A stretch of 64,000 nt of DNA from Candidatus Eiseniibacteriota bacterium (GCA_963792585.1 CAWBWI010000004.1:64554-128553); one strand, 5' to 3'. Positions 7,730 through 17,141 are shown, numbered from the stretch's first letter. Made by a program: numbers and translations. Notes: generated by a model from the letters alone, not told the origin.

Positions 7730-9263
7730 CGTGTCTCCTCTCGACAGGGAGGTCGATCAGTACCGTCGTGCCCTTGCTCTCGATCGAGCGGACGGAGATG
7801 AACCCCCCATGTTCCTTGATGATCGACTGGGTGATCGAAAGGCCGAGTCCGGTTCCCTTCGTTCGGGTGGTGAAGAACGGGTCGAAGATCCTGGGAAGGG
7901 TGTCCTTCGCGATGCCACGTCCGGTGTCTCCCACCCGGATCTGGACGTAGCGCATCATCGGCGCCTGACGCTCGATCCGTATCCGGTCGGACCGGCGCTG
8001 CCCGGTGCCGCGCCGGACATGCGGCCTGCGACGGATCACGGAACACTCCAGCGCGAGCCGTCCCCCCGAAGGCATCGCCTCGGCGGCATTGCGGATGACG
8101 TTGAGCAGGACCTGTGTGATCTGCTCGGGATCGATGTAGATTCGCGGGATCCGGCCCCGGAGCTTCGTCTCATGGGAAATCCCGCGTTCCCTCAGTGCCT
8201 CTTCCTCGAGCTCCGCGACATGGCGAAGGATCTCGATGACGTCGCTTTCGCGCAGTTGCGGCCGGCTCGGCCGGGCGAAGGAGAGCAGGCTGTCGACAAT
8301 CCGGTTCAGGCGCGCAGCCTCCTCCAGGATGATCTGGACGAATCGCAGTTTTGGATCGTCTGCGGGGATCCGATCGCGAAGCACTTGAGCGCAGTTGCCG
8401 ATGCCCGTCAGGGGATTGCGGATCTCGTGGGCGACCCCGGCGGAGAGTTCGCCGATCGATGCGAGCCGCTCTCTGCGTCGCATCTCGTCCTCGAAGGCGC
8501 GCTCCTCGGATGTATCGCGGATGAGCACCAGCATCCCCTTGGGAACCTCTCCGCCCCGTGCGGCCAACCGGATCATCTGCAACCAGACCGGCTTCTCCCT
8601 GCCGTGTCGGTCGGCGATATAGAGTTCGAGCTTCGTCGCTTTTCCCCGGAAGCCCAGATCGATCGGATTCTCCTCCACACCCGCCGGCCGGAAGACCTTC
8701 AGGCAATCGACGCCGACCGCCTCGTCGTTCCGATACCCGAGGATCTCCTCCGCAGGCGGGCTCAAGTAGGCGACCCGACCAAGCCGATCCAGCGCCATCA
8801 CCCCCAGCGGCAACCCGGGAAGCAGCGCGTCGTGGAACCGTCGCAAGAGCGCGAGCCCGTGGTCGGCTGCATCGGAGCGGATCCGAAGTTCGAGGAACTC
8901 GACGAGCTCCCCGAGATCCGGCTCCGATATCTTCCAGATCGCGGAGCGCGGAGAAGCCTGAAGGAAGAGCACCCCCGGCCGCCGTCCGGCCGCGTCCAGG
9001 GGCATGAGAACCAGATCCCGCGCGCCGGCGCCGTTCGGGAGCAGCCCGCGTGCGTTCCAGAACCGAGCATCGCCGGGGCGGTCAGGGGATCCCAACAACG
9101 GCGCGAAGGCCGCGGGGTCGAACCCGGCGGGGGGCCAACTGGGGTCGGCGACCAGCAAGACAGGGCGCGCCCCTCCCTCGCGGAGCGCGTAGAGCCCGAA
9201 CCGCGTGCGACCGAGGAGTCGACGAAGGATACGAGGGATTGCCACCATTCCGCGGCGCGACAC
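7707..9263 (-). CDS. sensor histidine kinase (GAF/PAS-HisKA-HATPase)
   Basis: 518 aa. PAS-like region, H-box HEIRNPLTGI, and ATPase boxes NVIRNAAEAM, DTGRGI and GTGLGLSITQ. It overlaps the downstream regulator start by 23 nt. Confidence 0.9.
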   Translation of the reverse strand: MSRRGMVAIPRILRRLLGRTRFGLYALREGGARPVLLVADPSWPPAGFDPAAFAPLLGSPDRPGDARFWNARGLLPNGAGARDLVLMPLDAAGRRPGVLFLQASPRSAIWKISEPDLGELVEFLELRIRSDAADHGLALLRRFHDALLPGLPLGVMALDRLGRVAYLSPPAEEILGYRNDEAVGVDCLKVFRPAGVEENPIDLGFRGKATKLELYIADRHGREKPVWLQMIRLAARGGEVPKGMLVLIRDTSEERAFEDEMRRRERLASIGELSAGVAHEIRNPLTGIGNCAQVLRDRIPADDPKLRFVQIILEEAARLNRIVDSLLSFARPSRPQLRESDVIEILRHVAELEEEALRERGISHETKLRGRIPRIYIDPEQITQVLLNVIRNAAEAMPSGGRLALECSVIRRRPHVRRGTGQRRSDRIRIERQAPMMRYVQIRVGDTGRGIAKDTLPRIFDPFFTTRTKGTGLGLSITQSIIKEHGGFISVRSIESKGTTVLIDLPVERRHGERRRDP

Positions 9264-9284
9264 TAGCGCGCGGAAGGTGCCGTC

Positions 9285-9977
9285 TCAAGGCCTTTCGATG
9301 GAGAGGACTTTTGCGAGATCGCCCGTTCCACGCCCCCCCTGCAAGTGGAGGCGGTGCTGGCGGACCAGGTAGCGGAGGAGCGCCTGCCGGGTTCCCTCGC
9401 CGATCGCCTCGAACGAGAGGGCCACCCGTCGCGGTTCCTCATCCTGAACACGGACCACCCGGGAGCTCAGACGCACCACCTCGCCTGCGGGGCCGATCGG
9501 GAGGGCGAGGCCCACCGTTTGTGCCTGCTCGAGATACTCCTCGGGATCGAAGACCAGGATTCCGTTGCCGGAGAGGTTGCAGGCTCGCAGCACGACGATT
9601 TCACCGTCGTGCCCTTCCCTCTCGAGCCGGACGCCCAGCCGCACGGGCATGCGAAAGAAGTGCCGCTGCTGCTTGCGTTGCGCCGGGCCGGCGCCCAGAA
9701 GAAGCCTGCAGGAGCCGTCGGGCTCGGTGCCCTCCACGGTCACGTTGTAGAGGAAGAGCCCAAATGGGCGGGCTGCGCGGAGCATGTGGGGGTCTCCCGT
9801 GTTCCAGACCGGGGCGACCCCGGCGCCCGCGAGCGGCTCGACCCGCACGCTTCGGCCGCTGCGCGTGACGACGCGAACCCGGCAGCGCGCACTGCCACGG
9901 GCGTCCTCGAGTGTCACGACGGCACCGGGTCCCAGAATCCTCGCCTTCGGCAGCGGCGACGTGGCTCCGCGATTCAT
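9285..9977 (-). CDS. PilZ-domain c-di-GMP receptor, YcgR-like (PilZN + PilZ)
   Basis: RxxxR (QRHFFR) and D/NxSxxG (NLSGNG) motifs in the C-terminal half, with a beta-rich N-terminal half. The ATG at 9977 overlaps the upstream TGA by 1 nt. Confidence 0.8.
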   Translation of the reverse strand: MNRGATSPLPKARILGPGAVVTLEDARGSARCRVRVVTRSGRSVRVEPLAGAGVAPVWNTGDPHMLRAARPFGLFLYNVTVEGTEPDGSCRLLLGAGPAQRKQQRHFFRMPVRLGVRLEREGHDGEIVVLRACNLSGNGILVFDPEEYLEQAQTVGLALPIGPAGEVVRLSSRVVRVQDEEPRRVALSFEAIGEGTRQALLRYLVRQHRLHLQGGRGTGDLAKVLSIERP

Positions 9978-10387
9978 CAAGCTCCTCCGCGACCCATTCC
10001 GTTGTCGGGGTCAAGATCGTCCGCCAAGATCCGCCGAACGATTTCCTCGAGCACCTCCGGGCGCTCGTAATAGCCCATCCGGATCCGCCGCCGCGCCTCC
10101 CGGATCTTTGCCGGTCGGACATCGGGGAGAATGCGGAATTCCTCACGAATGAGTTCCATGGCGCGAGCGGTCCGCGCGTCCTTCTTCTGGGGTCTCCCTC
10201 CGTTGGATCCGTCGCGCTTGGATTGGGTTGGAGGCGAGGCTCCCGCCTCCCGGTCTCCCGACTCCAATCGGGCCCTCGCGCGGAGGAAGACGTCATAGGG
10301 CACGACGTTGCCGGTCGTGGCCTTGCCGTTCGGCGCGCCTTCGCTTCCGGGATCAATCCGGTTCAAGATTCCCCTTCTGCGTCGCAC
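9977..10387 (-). CDS. putative anti-sigma28 factor, FlgM-like (weak)
   Basis: Only the C-terminal ~45 aa are informative: VRPAKIREARRRIRMGYYERPEVLEEIVRRIL resembles the FlgM sigma-binding helices. The N-terminus is low-complexity, the start is uncertain (GTG 10387), and an alternative ORF overlaps it at 10353-10544. Confidence 0.4.
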   Translation of the reverse strand: MRRRRGILNRIDPGSEGAPNGKATTGNVVPYDVFLRARARLESGDREAGASPPTQSKRDGSNGGRPQKKDARTARAMELIREEFRILPDVRPAKIREARRRIRMGYYERPEVLEEIVRRILADDLDPDNGMGRGGA

Positions 10388-10626
10388 GAATGCTCGGTCG
10401 GTCCGACGAACGGGGTGAAGGAAACCTGCGGCCGACCGACAGATCGTCGGCGAGCGCGTCGAACGAGGCTTCGAGCCTTCGCTCCAGATCGCGCAGCGAC
10501 CGACCGGCCGGTCGACCCGATTTCGGTTTTCGCCCTGGATTCATCGGTAGCAGCCTCCAATTGCTTGATCGGCTGGCCCGCGCTCCGGCTTGATCGGGAA
10601 TCCGGGGAGTCGGTGGGCGCCGACCG

Positions 10627-10881
10627 CTAGTCCGCATCCCGATGCGGGTGCCTCCCGCGCTGGAAGATCTGGGCAACTTCTCGAATCGCCTTCGTCGAGA
10701 TGCCCGAGGCCCTCCGGTTCTCCTCGCGGATGCGCTCGTAGATCTCCTCCCGGTGCACCGCCACGCTGGGCGGCGCATCGATGCCGAGCTTGACCTGGCC
10801 GCCCTTGATATCGAGGACGACGATCCGGATGTTGTCGCCGATCCGGATGTTCTCTCCCAACTTCCTTGTCAGGATCAGCAT
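10627..10881 (-). CDS. csrA: carbon storage regulator CsrA
   Basis: ORF 10627..11256 trimmed to the ATG at 10881 (GGAGAGGA upstream). [51 protein letters not shown] is canonical CsrA, with a C-terminal extension of the FliW-regulated type. Confidence 0.92.
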   Translation of the reverse strand: MLILTRKLGENIRIGDNIRIVVLDIKGGQVKLGIDAPPSVAVHREEIYERIREENRRASGISTKAIREVAQIFQRGRHPHRDAD

Positions 10882-10904
10882 GATCCTCTCCCGCCCCTCC
10901 CGGG

Positions 10905-11393
10905 CTAGGCGGCCCTTCGATCCGTGATGCGGACAACCGTGCGGCCGACGATGGAACCGGTCACCCCAGGAGGGGAAACCGGCAGCCGGAGCGGTTGCTT
11001 CGCGCTGTACGCGACCAGTTGCTTCGCCGTCCGATTCCGTGGATTGATGATGAGCGGACCCTTCAGATTGATGGTGACCCTTCCCTGCCGTTCCGCGGGC
11101 GACACGAGCGCGAGCACCTCGACGGGGTCGTCGGGGTGCAGATCGAGTAGTTGACGATCCGTTTCCGCAAGCGCGAGGTCGTACGCCTCGCGAAGGAACG
11201 GCTCCGGGTCGACGACCGCGAACAGAAGGTCCGGCTCCTCGAGCGAGAGGAGCCACAGGAACGGATCGGACGCCTCCGTCCCAAACAGGGCGAAGCGCTC
11301 CAGCCCTTCGAAACCGATCAGGCCCCCGGCAATCCGGATGAACGCTTCCTCACCGATTTCGACCACTCCGAGTTGAGGATTCTCGATTCTCAT
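10905..11393 (-). CDS. fliW: flagellar assembly factor FliW (CsrA antagonist)
   Basis: ORF 10905..11516 trimmed to the ATG at 11393. [18 protein letters not shown]...[21 protein letters not shown]...[21 protein letters not shown] is typical FliW, and the gene is immediately upstream of csrA. Confidence 0.85.
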   Translation of the reverse strand: MRIENPQLGVVEIGEEAFIRIAGGLIGFEGLERFALFGTEASDPFLWLLSLEEPDLLFAVVDPEPFLREAYDLALAETDRQLLDLHPDDPVEVLALVSPAERQGRVTINLKGPLIINPRNRTAKQLVAYSAKQPLRLPVSPPGVTGSIVGRTVVRITDRRAA

Positions 11394-11607
11394 ATTCCGT
11401 CCTTGAGCGAACGTCCTCCCGGACGACCTCCTGCTCCCCCGCATTTCCTTCGTGCGGCCGGGCGGTGATCCCCCCGGGGATCCCTCCCGTCCGCCTGTTT
11501 GAAGAGATCGGCGCAAGGGAGGGTAACCCTGAGCTTTCCATGGCCCGGAAAGGTGGAGATTCCTAGGTGTATGCGGGGGTTCGGGCTCGCAGGATTCCAG
11601 GGGCTCG

Positions 11608-11636
11608 TTGACAGGCGCCGGATCTGCGTCTAGCCT
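11608..11636 (+). promoter_or_regulatory. sigma70-type promoter TTGACA-N17-TAGCCT, probably giving a leaderless transcript
   Basis: TTGACA at 11608-11613, a 17-nt spacer, and TAGCCT at 11631-11636, which ends 5 nt before the ATG at 11642. No Shine-Dalgarno can fit in that space. Confidence 0.4.
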
Positions 11637-11641
11637 CCCCG

Positions 11642-14131
11642 ATGCAGCATGAGCCCCTTCTCGGGGAGGCAGCCTTGGATACCCGGTATCGCGGTATACG
11701 CTTCTTCGTCGGGATCGCTTCGACGGCGCTCGCCGCTTCGATCATCGTTGCGGCGGGGGGCCTGCCACGGACCCCATTCCTCGGAATGAGCGAACGTGGC
11801 CACACTGTGGGACTGGTCCAGCCCAACGGCCCGGCGGATCGCGCGGGGCTCCAGGTCGGCGATCGGATCGATGCGGTCGACGGCACGCCGGTCAGCGAGC
11901 TGGCGGGATGGCTTCTCTCGCTCCGATCCCTCGAACCCGAGAAGCCGGTCCGGCTGTCGATCACGCGCAACGGCGACCGGATCGAACGCCTTCTGGTGCC
12001 GGATCGGCTTCCTCCGCAGGAAGTGGGCTGGAATCTGGCCCTCGCGGTCGCCGCGCTGATCGCCCTCTTTGTCGGTAGCATGGTGCTCGTCAAGCGCGTC
12101 TCGGGACTCACCGTTGTCTTCTATCTGATCTGCGCGTCGCTCTCGCACCTGGTCTTCTTCCCTTACGTGCCCCCGGTGCGCGCCTTCGCGGCGGCCGCGG
12201 GCATCGCGAAGCTCTTCCTCACCGCATTCTTCCCCGCCCTCTTCCTGCACTTCTTCCTCCTCTTCCCGTATGAGCGCTCGCCCCTTCGACGGCATCCCCG
12301 GATCGTGTGGATCCCGTATTTGACGTCGGCGCTCCTCTTCGGTCTGGCATTGTGCTCGGGGCTGAAGGCCATCCCGATGAGCGCGCGCGGGCGACTCGAG
12401 GCCGTGAGCGGCGCTCTTTCGGCCGCGACGTTCGCGCTCTCTCTGTCCAGCTCCGCGATTCTCTTCGTCACCGCCTACATCCGGACCGACGTGCCGTCGA
12501 TCCGGCGCAAGCTTCGCGTTGCGCTGGCCTCGACTCTCGCCGCAGTCTTGCCCATCGCCGTCGTGCTCGTCTATTACGGCCTCTTCCCGGGCAGGGCCAT
12601 CGCGGTCGACCGTCTCGCCGTCATCGGGCTCGTGCTCCTTCCGATCGGGTTCGGATACGCCATCGTCCGTCACGGCGTGTTCGACATCGAGCATCTCGTC
12701 AAACGCAGCCTCGTCGTCACCGGCGTGACGGCGATCCTGATCCTGCTCTACTTCCTTTCCTACTTCCTGCTGCGGGCGCTTCTCCACTCGGTGACCTCCC
12801 TGTCGGGAACACTGGTGAGCGTCGTCGCCTTCCTCTTCGTGGTCGTGCTCTTCAGCCCTCTGCGCGATCACCTTCAGGACATCGTCGACCGCTCGGTCTA
12901 TCCCGAAAGGTTCGAAGCGCGTCGCCGCCTGCGGGATTTCGGCCGGAGCCTCCCCCTCCTACCGGATGAAGAGCAGATCGTCCAGGCAAGCCTCGAGGCG
13001 GTCGCCCGCGCTCTCGGCGTCACGCGGGGCGCCTACTTCCCCGGGGGGGGAGAGATGTGGACGTCGGCGTTCACCTGGGGCATTCACACGGCGTCCGAAG
13101 GGGCGCTCCAGCTCGGTCCGAGCATCCGTGAACCTGTGTTGCGACGGGGTGAGCCACTGCTCCGAGAAGAGGCCGAGGCGGAACTCCCGTTCGGCCGGCT
13201 CCCCCGCGACGAGGGAACCGCGCTCGACACGATCGACGCGCGGGTGCTCGTGCCGATCGCGACCCGGGGACACCGCTTCGGCATCGCGATCTTCGGAGGA
13301 CGCCTCGAGGACGACGCCTACAGCGGCTCGGACCTCGAGATCCTCGACTTCCTCGCCACCCAGACCGCCCTCGCGATGGAGAACGCCGTCTTCCAGCGCG
13401 AGATCCGTGTCAAGGAGGCGATGGAGCGGGAACTCGAGATCGCTCAAGCGCTGCAGCGCGAACTTCTGCCGCACACCGCGCCGAAGATCCCGAAGATCCA
13501 GCTCGCCGCCGCGATGCTTCCCTGTCGCGAGGTCGGGGGCGACTACTACGATTACGTGCAGGCGCGCGGCGGCCGGATCTCGATCGCGATCGGTGACGTC
13601 TCGGGCAAGGGGGTGCCCGCCGCGCTCCTGATGGCGAACGTCCAGGCCCTGTTCCGCGCCGAGGCGCGCGGAGGGGTGGAGCCTGACTCGGTACTCGACG
13701 CGATGAACCGCCGACTCTGCGAGATCGGGCGGCCGGATCGTTTCGTCTCCTTCTTCTGCGGCCTCCTCGACCCGGATCAGGGCGTGCTTCGCTATTCAAA
13801 CGCCGGTCATCCGCCCCCCCTCCTCGTCCGCGAGAACGGGGAGATCGAGCGGCTCGAGGTGGCGGGTCTGTTGCTCGGGATCCTGCCTGATGTCCGCTAC
13901 CCGGTCGACATCGTTCGCCTGCACCCCGGGGACCTGATCCTCTGCTTCACCGACGGGATCGCCGATCCGGACGCCGAAGGCACCGCCTTGCGGGAGGACC
14001 AGTTGGCGGACCTCGCCCGCGCCCTCCGCCATCTCCCCGCCGAGACGATGCTCGACCGGCTCGTGGAACGGATCCGCCAGGACCCGGTCCTGGAGGACGA
14101 CACCACCCTGGTGATCCTCAAGGCAATCTGA
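11642..14131 (+). CDS. membrane-bound PDZ / multi-TM / GAF / PP2C (SpoIIE-RsbU type) serine phosphatase
   Basis: 829 aa. PDZ domain (GLVQPNGPADRAGLQVGDRIDAVDG), ~8 hydrophobic helices, a GAF-like linker, and a PP2C domain (EVGGDYYDY, GDVSGKGVPAALLMA, FTDGI, DDTTLVILK). Confidence 0.88.
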   Translation: MQHEPLLGEAALDTRYRGIRFFVGIASTALAASIIVAAGGLPRTPFLGMSERGHTVGLVQPNGPADRAGLQVGDRIDAVDGTPVSELAGWLLSLRSLEPEKPVRLSITRNGDRIERLLVPDRLPPQEVGWNLALAVAALIALFVGSMVLVKRVSGLTVVFYLICASLSHLVFFPYVPPVRAFAAAAGIAKLFLTAFFPALFLHFFLLFPYERSPLRRHPRIVWIPYLTSALLFGLALCSGLKAIPMSARGRLEAVSGALSAATFALSLSSSAILFVTAYIRTDVPSIRRKLRVALASTLAAVLPIAVVLVYYGLFPGRAIAVDRLAVIGLVLLPIGFGYAIVRHGVFDIEHLVKRSLVVTGVTAILILLYFLSYFLLRALLHSVTSLSGTLVSVVAFLFVVVLFSPLRDHLQDIVDRSVYPERFEARRRLRDFGRSLPLLPDEEQIVQASLEAVARALGVTRGAYFPGGGEMWTSAFTWGIHTASEGALQLGPSIREPVLRRGEPLLREEAEAELPFGRLPRDEGTALDTIDARVLVPIATRGHRFGIAIFGGRLEDDAYSGSDLEILDFLATQTALAMENAVFQREIRVKEAMERELEIAQALQRELLPHTAPKIPKIQLAAAMLPCREVGGDYYDYVQARGGRISIAIGDVSGKGVPAALLMANVQALFRAEARGGVEPDSVLDAMNRRLCEIGRPDRFVSFFCGLLDPDQGVLRYSNAGHPPPLLVRENGEIERLEVAGLLLGILPDVRYPVDIVRLHPGDLILCFTDGIADPDAEGTALREDQLADLARALRHLPAETMLDRLVERIRQDPVLEDDTTLVILKAI

Positions 14132-14444
14132 CCGCCCCCCCCTCCCCGCGTTGCATCCGGCACTCAAGTGAGGCGAATGGGCCGCCGACAATAGAAGCGG
14201 GATGGGAGACGTATCGGGCGCGGTGTGGTGAGGTGGCAACGCGAGATCGACAGGGAACGTGAGGCTCGCTGTTCCCGCGGTAGCGGGGGCGAAAGGCAGG
14301 GAAGAGCCATGGTTCTCACCGTCATCATCCTGCTGTTCATCGACATCTTCTGGTGGTTGAAGCGGTAGCGAACCGCCAGCACGATCGGCGCCGCCCGGGC
14401 CCTTGGATCGAAGCAGACCGGACGGCGCCTCTCCGTTGCGCCGC

Positions 14445-15245
14445 TCAGCGAATGAAGATCAGTCCCGCGATCCCCACGAGAATGCAATAGAGGCCGAAGT
14501 AGCCGAACTGCCCGCGCCGCACGACCCGCATCAACCCCGCAATCGACAGGTAGCCGACCACGAAGGACACCGCGAAGCCGAGGAGCAGGAGACTCCCTTT
14601 CGCATGGTGGATCTCGGCGACAACCGCCGGCGCCTTGAGAATCCCCGCCCCCAGGATCGCCGGGATCGAGAGCAGAAACGAGAAGCGCGCCGCCTCGTCA
14701 GGACGCACACCGAGGTAGAGCCCCCCCGCGATCGTCGTGCCGGACCGAGAGATCCCTGGAAGCAACGCGACGGCCTGGCAGATCCCGATCCAGCCTGCGC
14801 GACCGAGGTCGACCATCCGGGTGCCGCGGCGCACGAAGAGGGTCGAGAGGAGGATCCCTGCGGTCACGAGCAGCTCGATCGAGGCCTCGCGCGGGTTCTT
14901 GTAGAGACCCTCGAGCCACTCACCGCCCGCAAATCCTGCGATCACCGCCGGAACGGTTCCGATCACGATGGCCAACGCGAGCAGCGCGTGCGAGTGCGCG
15001 GCCTCGTCTCTGCGACCGCGCAACCAGTGAAACAACCCCGCAAGGAGGGTGATCAGATCGTGGCGAAAGTAGAGGAGCACGGCGAGGAGGCTTCCCAAGT
15101 GGAGCACGATCTCGACCGCGATTCCCGGCTCGCTCACGTGCAGGAGCCGCTGGGCAAGGACGAGGTGGCCGCTGCTCGAGATCGGGAGGAACTCGGTCAG
15201 CCCCTGGATCAGGCCGAGGATCAGAATGTCGACGGCGCCGATCAC
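14445..15245 (-). CDS. uppP: undecaprenyl-diphosphatase
   Basis: 266 aa. GLIQGLTEFLPISSSGHLVL and PGISRSGTTI are BacA/UppP signatures. The GTGA start overlaps the trpA stop. Confidence 0.92.
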   Translation of the reverse strand: MIGAVDILILGLIQGLTEFLPISSSGHLVLAQRLLHVSEPGIAVEIVLHLGSLLAVLLYFRHDLITLLAGLFHWLRGRRDEAAHSHALLALAIVIGTVPAVIAGFAGGEWLEGLYKNPREASIELLVTAGILLSTLFVRRGTRMVDLGRAGWIGICQAVALLPGISRSGTTIAGGLYLGVRPDEAARFSFLLSIPAILGAGILKAPAVVAEIHHAKGSLLLLGFAVSFVVGYLSIAGLMRVVRRGQFGYFGLYCILVGIAGLIFIR

Positions 15246-16042
15246 GGATCGAGCGCCCTGCGGATCGGTCCGAGGAAGGAGGCGAACCCCTCTTCGATCT
15301 CCCGGACGTTCTGCGCCGCGGCGAGGATCTCGAGCAGCCGCGCACCGATGACCACACCGTCGACGAGCGGTCGCAGACGCTCGACGTCGGATGCAGCGCG
15401 GATTCCAAAGCCTGCAACGACGGGGAGGTCGCAGCCCGCGCGGATCCTGGCGACTTGCTGCGCGAGGTGGTCCGAGAAGTCTCCGCCCGCGCCGGTCACG
15501 CCGGTGCGGGTCACGCAGTAGATGAACCCCGAACCCGCGGTGATGATCCGATCGATGCGTTCGGGGCGCGAGGTCGGCGCCACGAGGACGATCCGGTCGA
15601 GCCGGTGGGAACGCAATGCGGCCCCGAAGGACGGCAGTTCTTCGGGCGGGAGATCCGAGACGAGCACTCCCGAGACCCCCGCGGCGGCGGCGCGTCTACA
15701 AAATGGATCCGCCCCCATCGCGTGGACGGGATTCATGTAGGTCATCAGCGCCACCGGAGCGCCGATCGATTCTCCCTCGTCGCGCAGTAGATCGAGAATC
15801 CCTCCGAGGGTCACCCCGCGGTCGAGGGCCGCCTGCGAAGTTCTCTGGATCGTCGGCCCGTCGGCGAGCGGATCGGAGAATGGAATCCCGATCTCGAGGG
15901 CGTCCGCGCCGCAGGCAACGGCGGCCCGCGCGGCCGCGAGGAACCGCTGCTCGTCAGGATAACCGGCCGTGAGGAACGGGATCAGGATCTTCCCGCCGGA
16001 GGCCACGCGCGCGCGCAGTCGTGTTTCGAGGATCGATGGCAA
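15242..16042 (-). CDS. trpA: tryptophan synthase alpha chain
   Basis: 266 aa. LIPFLTAGYPD and EIGIPFSDPLADGPTIQ are hallmarks, with YCV..TGVTG at the C-terminus. No trpB is adjacent. Confidence 0.92.
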   Translation of the reverse strand: MPSILETRLRARVASGGKILIPFLTAGYPDEQRFLAAARAAVACGADALEIGIPFSDPLADGPTIQRTSQAALDRGVTLGGILDLLRDEGESIGAPVALMTYMNPVHAMGADPFCRRAAAAGVSGVLVSDLPPEELPSFGAALRSHRLDRIVLVAPTSRPERIDRIITAGSGFIYCVTRTGVTGAGGDFSDHLAQQVARIRAGCDLPVVAGFGIRAASDVERLRPLVDGVVIGARLLEILAAAQNVREIEEGFASFLGPIRRALDP

Positions 16043-16049
16043 TCCGGAA

Positions 16050-17141
16050 CTACTCCCGATCCGTCAGTCGATCGGCTTCACGGTACTGCGCCTTCGCTTG
16101 CTCGTAGAGGCCCTTCTTGTCCATCGCGATGCCGAGGTTGAAGTGCGCCTCGCCGTTGGTCGGCTCGATCTCACAGAGTCGGGTCAACACCTCGACCGCA
16201 TGATCGGGCATGTCGCTCTTGTTAAAAGCCATGCCCAGGTAACGAAGGACCTTGGGGCTGTCGGGGAACTGCTCACGGCAGTGCTGCAGATAGCGGATCG
16301 CGGTATCGTAGGTCCCCTTCTTGAAGTAGAGAACGCCGAGCGAGTACTGGATCTCCCAGTTCTGGGGATCGAGCGCCTGCGCGCGGCGCAGCGCCGCCTC
16401 CGCTTCGGCCGGACGCTCGTCGAGGTAGATGAGGCCGAGATTGAAATGGGCCATGGAGTAGTTCGGATCGAGTTCAATCGCCCGCCGGAACTCCTCGATC
16501 GCCTCACGCTTTCGGCCCGATTCAGCGTAGGCCGCGCCGAGATTGCAGTGGCTCTCGACGCTCGTCGGGTCCATCTCGATCGCCTTCTGGAACGCGAGGA
16601 TCGCCTTCTGCCGGTCCCCGTTGCGATCGTGGACGTACCCGATGTTGATCTGTGCCTTGGTCATTCGGGGGCTCGTGCGAACGCACGTCTCGAAGGCCAC
16701 GATCGCCTCGTCGTCCCGATGCGCCTTCATCAGGGTGACCCCGAGTCGATAGCGGTACTCCGGTTCGCTGGGATCGAGGGAGATTGCCTGCTCGTGGTCC
16801 TCGCGCGCCTGTTCGAAGTCCCCGAGGTCCTCGCACATCCTGCCGCGGAGCGACCAGTACTCGGCGCGGTCGTTGTTCCCCTGCGCGTGGCCGTCGAGCA
16901 ACTCGCAGCCGTGCTCGGCATTCCCGGCGCGGCGGTAGGCCTCCGCGCACCGCTGGAGGATCTCCCAGTCGTCTTCACCGCCCAAGAGCCGCGTCTCGAG
17001 GAGCGTTGCGGCCGATTCCGCGCGATTGGATTCGAGATAGAGATCGACGAGCTGGCGCAGCAGATCCCGATCGCCCGCGCGCGAGCGCAGGCGCCGTTCC
17101 AGTTCTTCCGTCCGTCTCTGGTTTCTGTCGTCCGAAGGCAT
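16050..17141 (-). CDS. TPR-repeat protein
   Basis: 363 aa of tandem 34-aa TPR-like units (A..Y.....G....A...F..AI..DP pattern repeated about 9 times). Confidence 0.8.
   Translation of the reverse strand: MPSDDRNQRRTEELERRLRSRAGDRDLLRQLVDLYLESNRAESAATLLETRLLGGEDDWEILQRCAEAYRRAGNAEHGCELLDGHAQGNNDRAEYWSLRGRMCEDLGDFEQAREDHEQAISLDPSEPEYRYRLGVTLMKAHRDDEAIVAFETCVRTSPRMTKAQINIGYVHDRNGDRQKAILAFQKAIEMDPTSVESHCNLGAAYAESGRKREAIEEFRRAIELDPNYSMAHFNLGLIYLDERPAEAEAALRRAQALDPQNWEIQYSLGVLYFKKGTYDTAIRYLQHCREQFPDSPKVLRYLGMAFNKSDMPDHAVEVLTRLCEIEPTNGEAHFNLGIAMDKKGLYEQAKAQYREADRLTDRE

Noticed and set aside
6536-9266. Plus-strand ORFs of 421 and 600 aa (6536..7801, 7464..9266). The same pattern holds for 14403..15521, 15969..17231, 35471..37342 and 54904..56337.
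   Set aside because: All lie antisense to genes with clear family signatures (NtrC, HK, uppP, TPR, ftsI, ribBA) and have shadow-ORF composition with no recognisable motifs.
11394-11607. A sigma28 promoter for fliW, based on a GCCGATCT -10-like box on the minus strand.
   Set aside because: No TAAA -35 element sits at the required ~15-nt spacing, and a GG-N10-GC sigma54 arrangement also fails by 2 nt.
15242-16042. An orphan trpA (no trpB) coupled to uppP and a TPR gene as a possible novel function.
   Set aside because: The sequence is a fully canonical TrpA. Split trp genes are common, and there is no evidence here for anything beyond unusual operon context.
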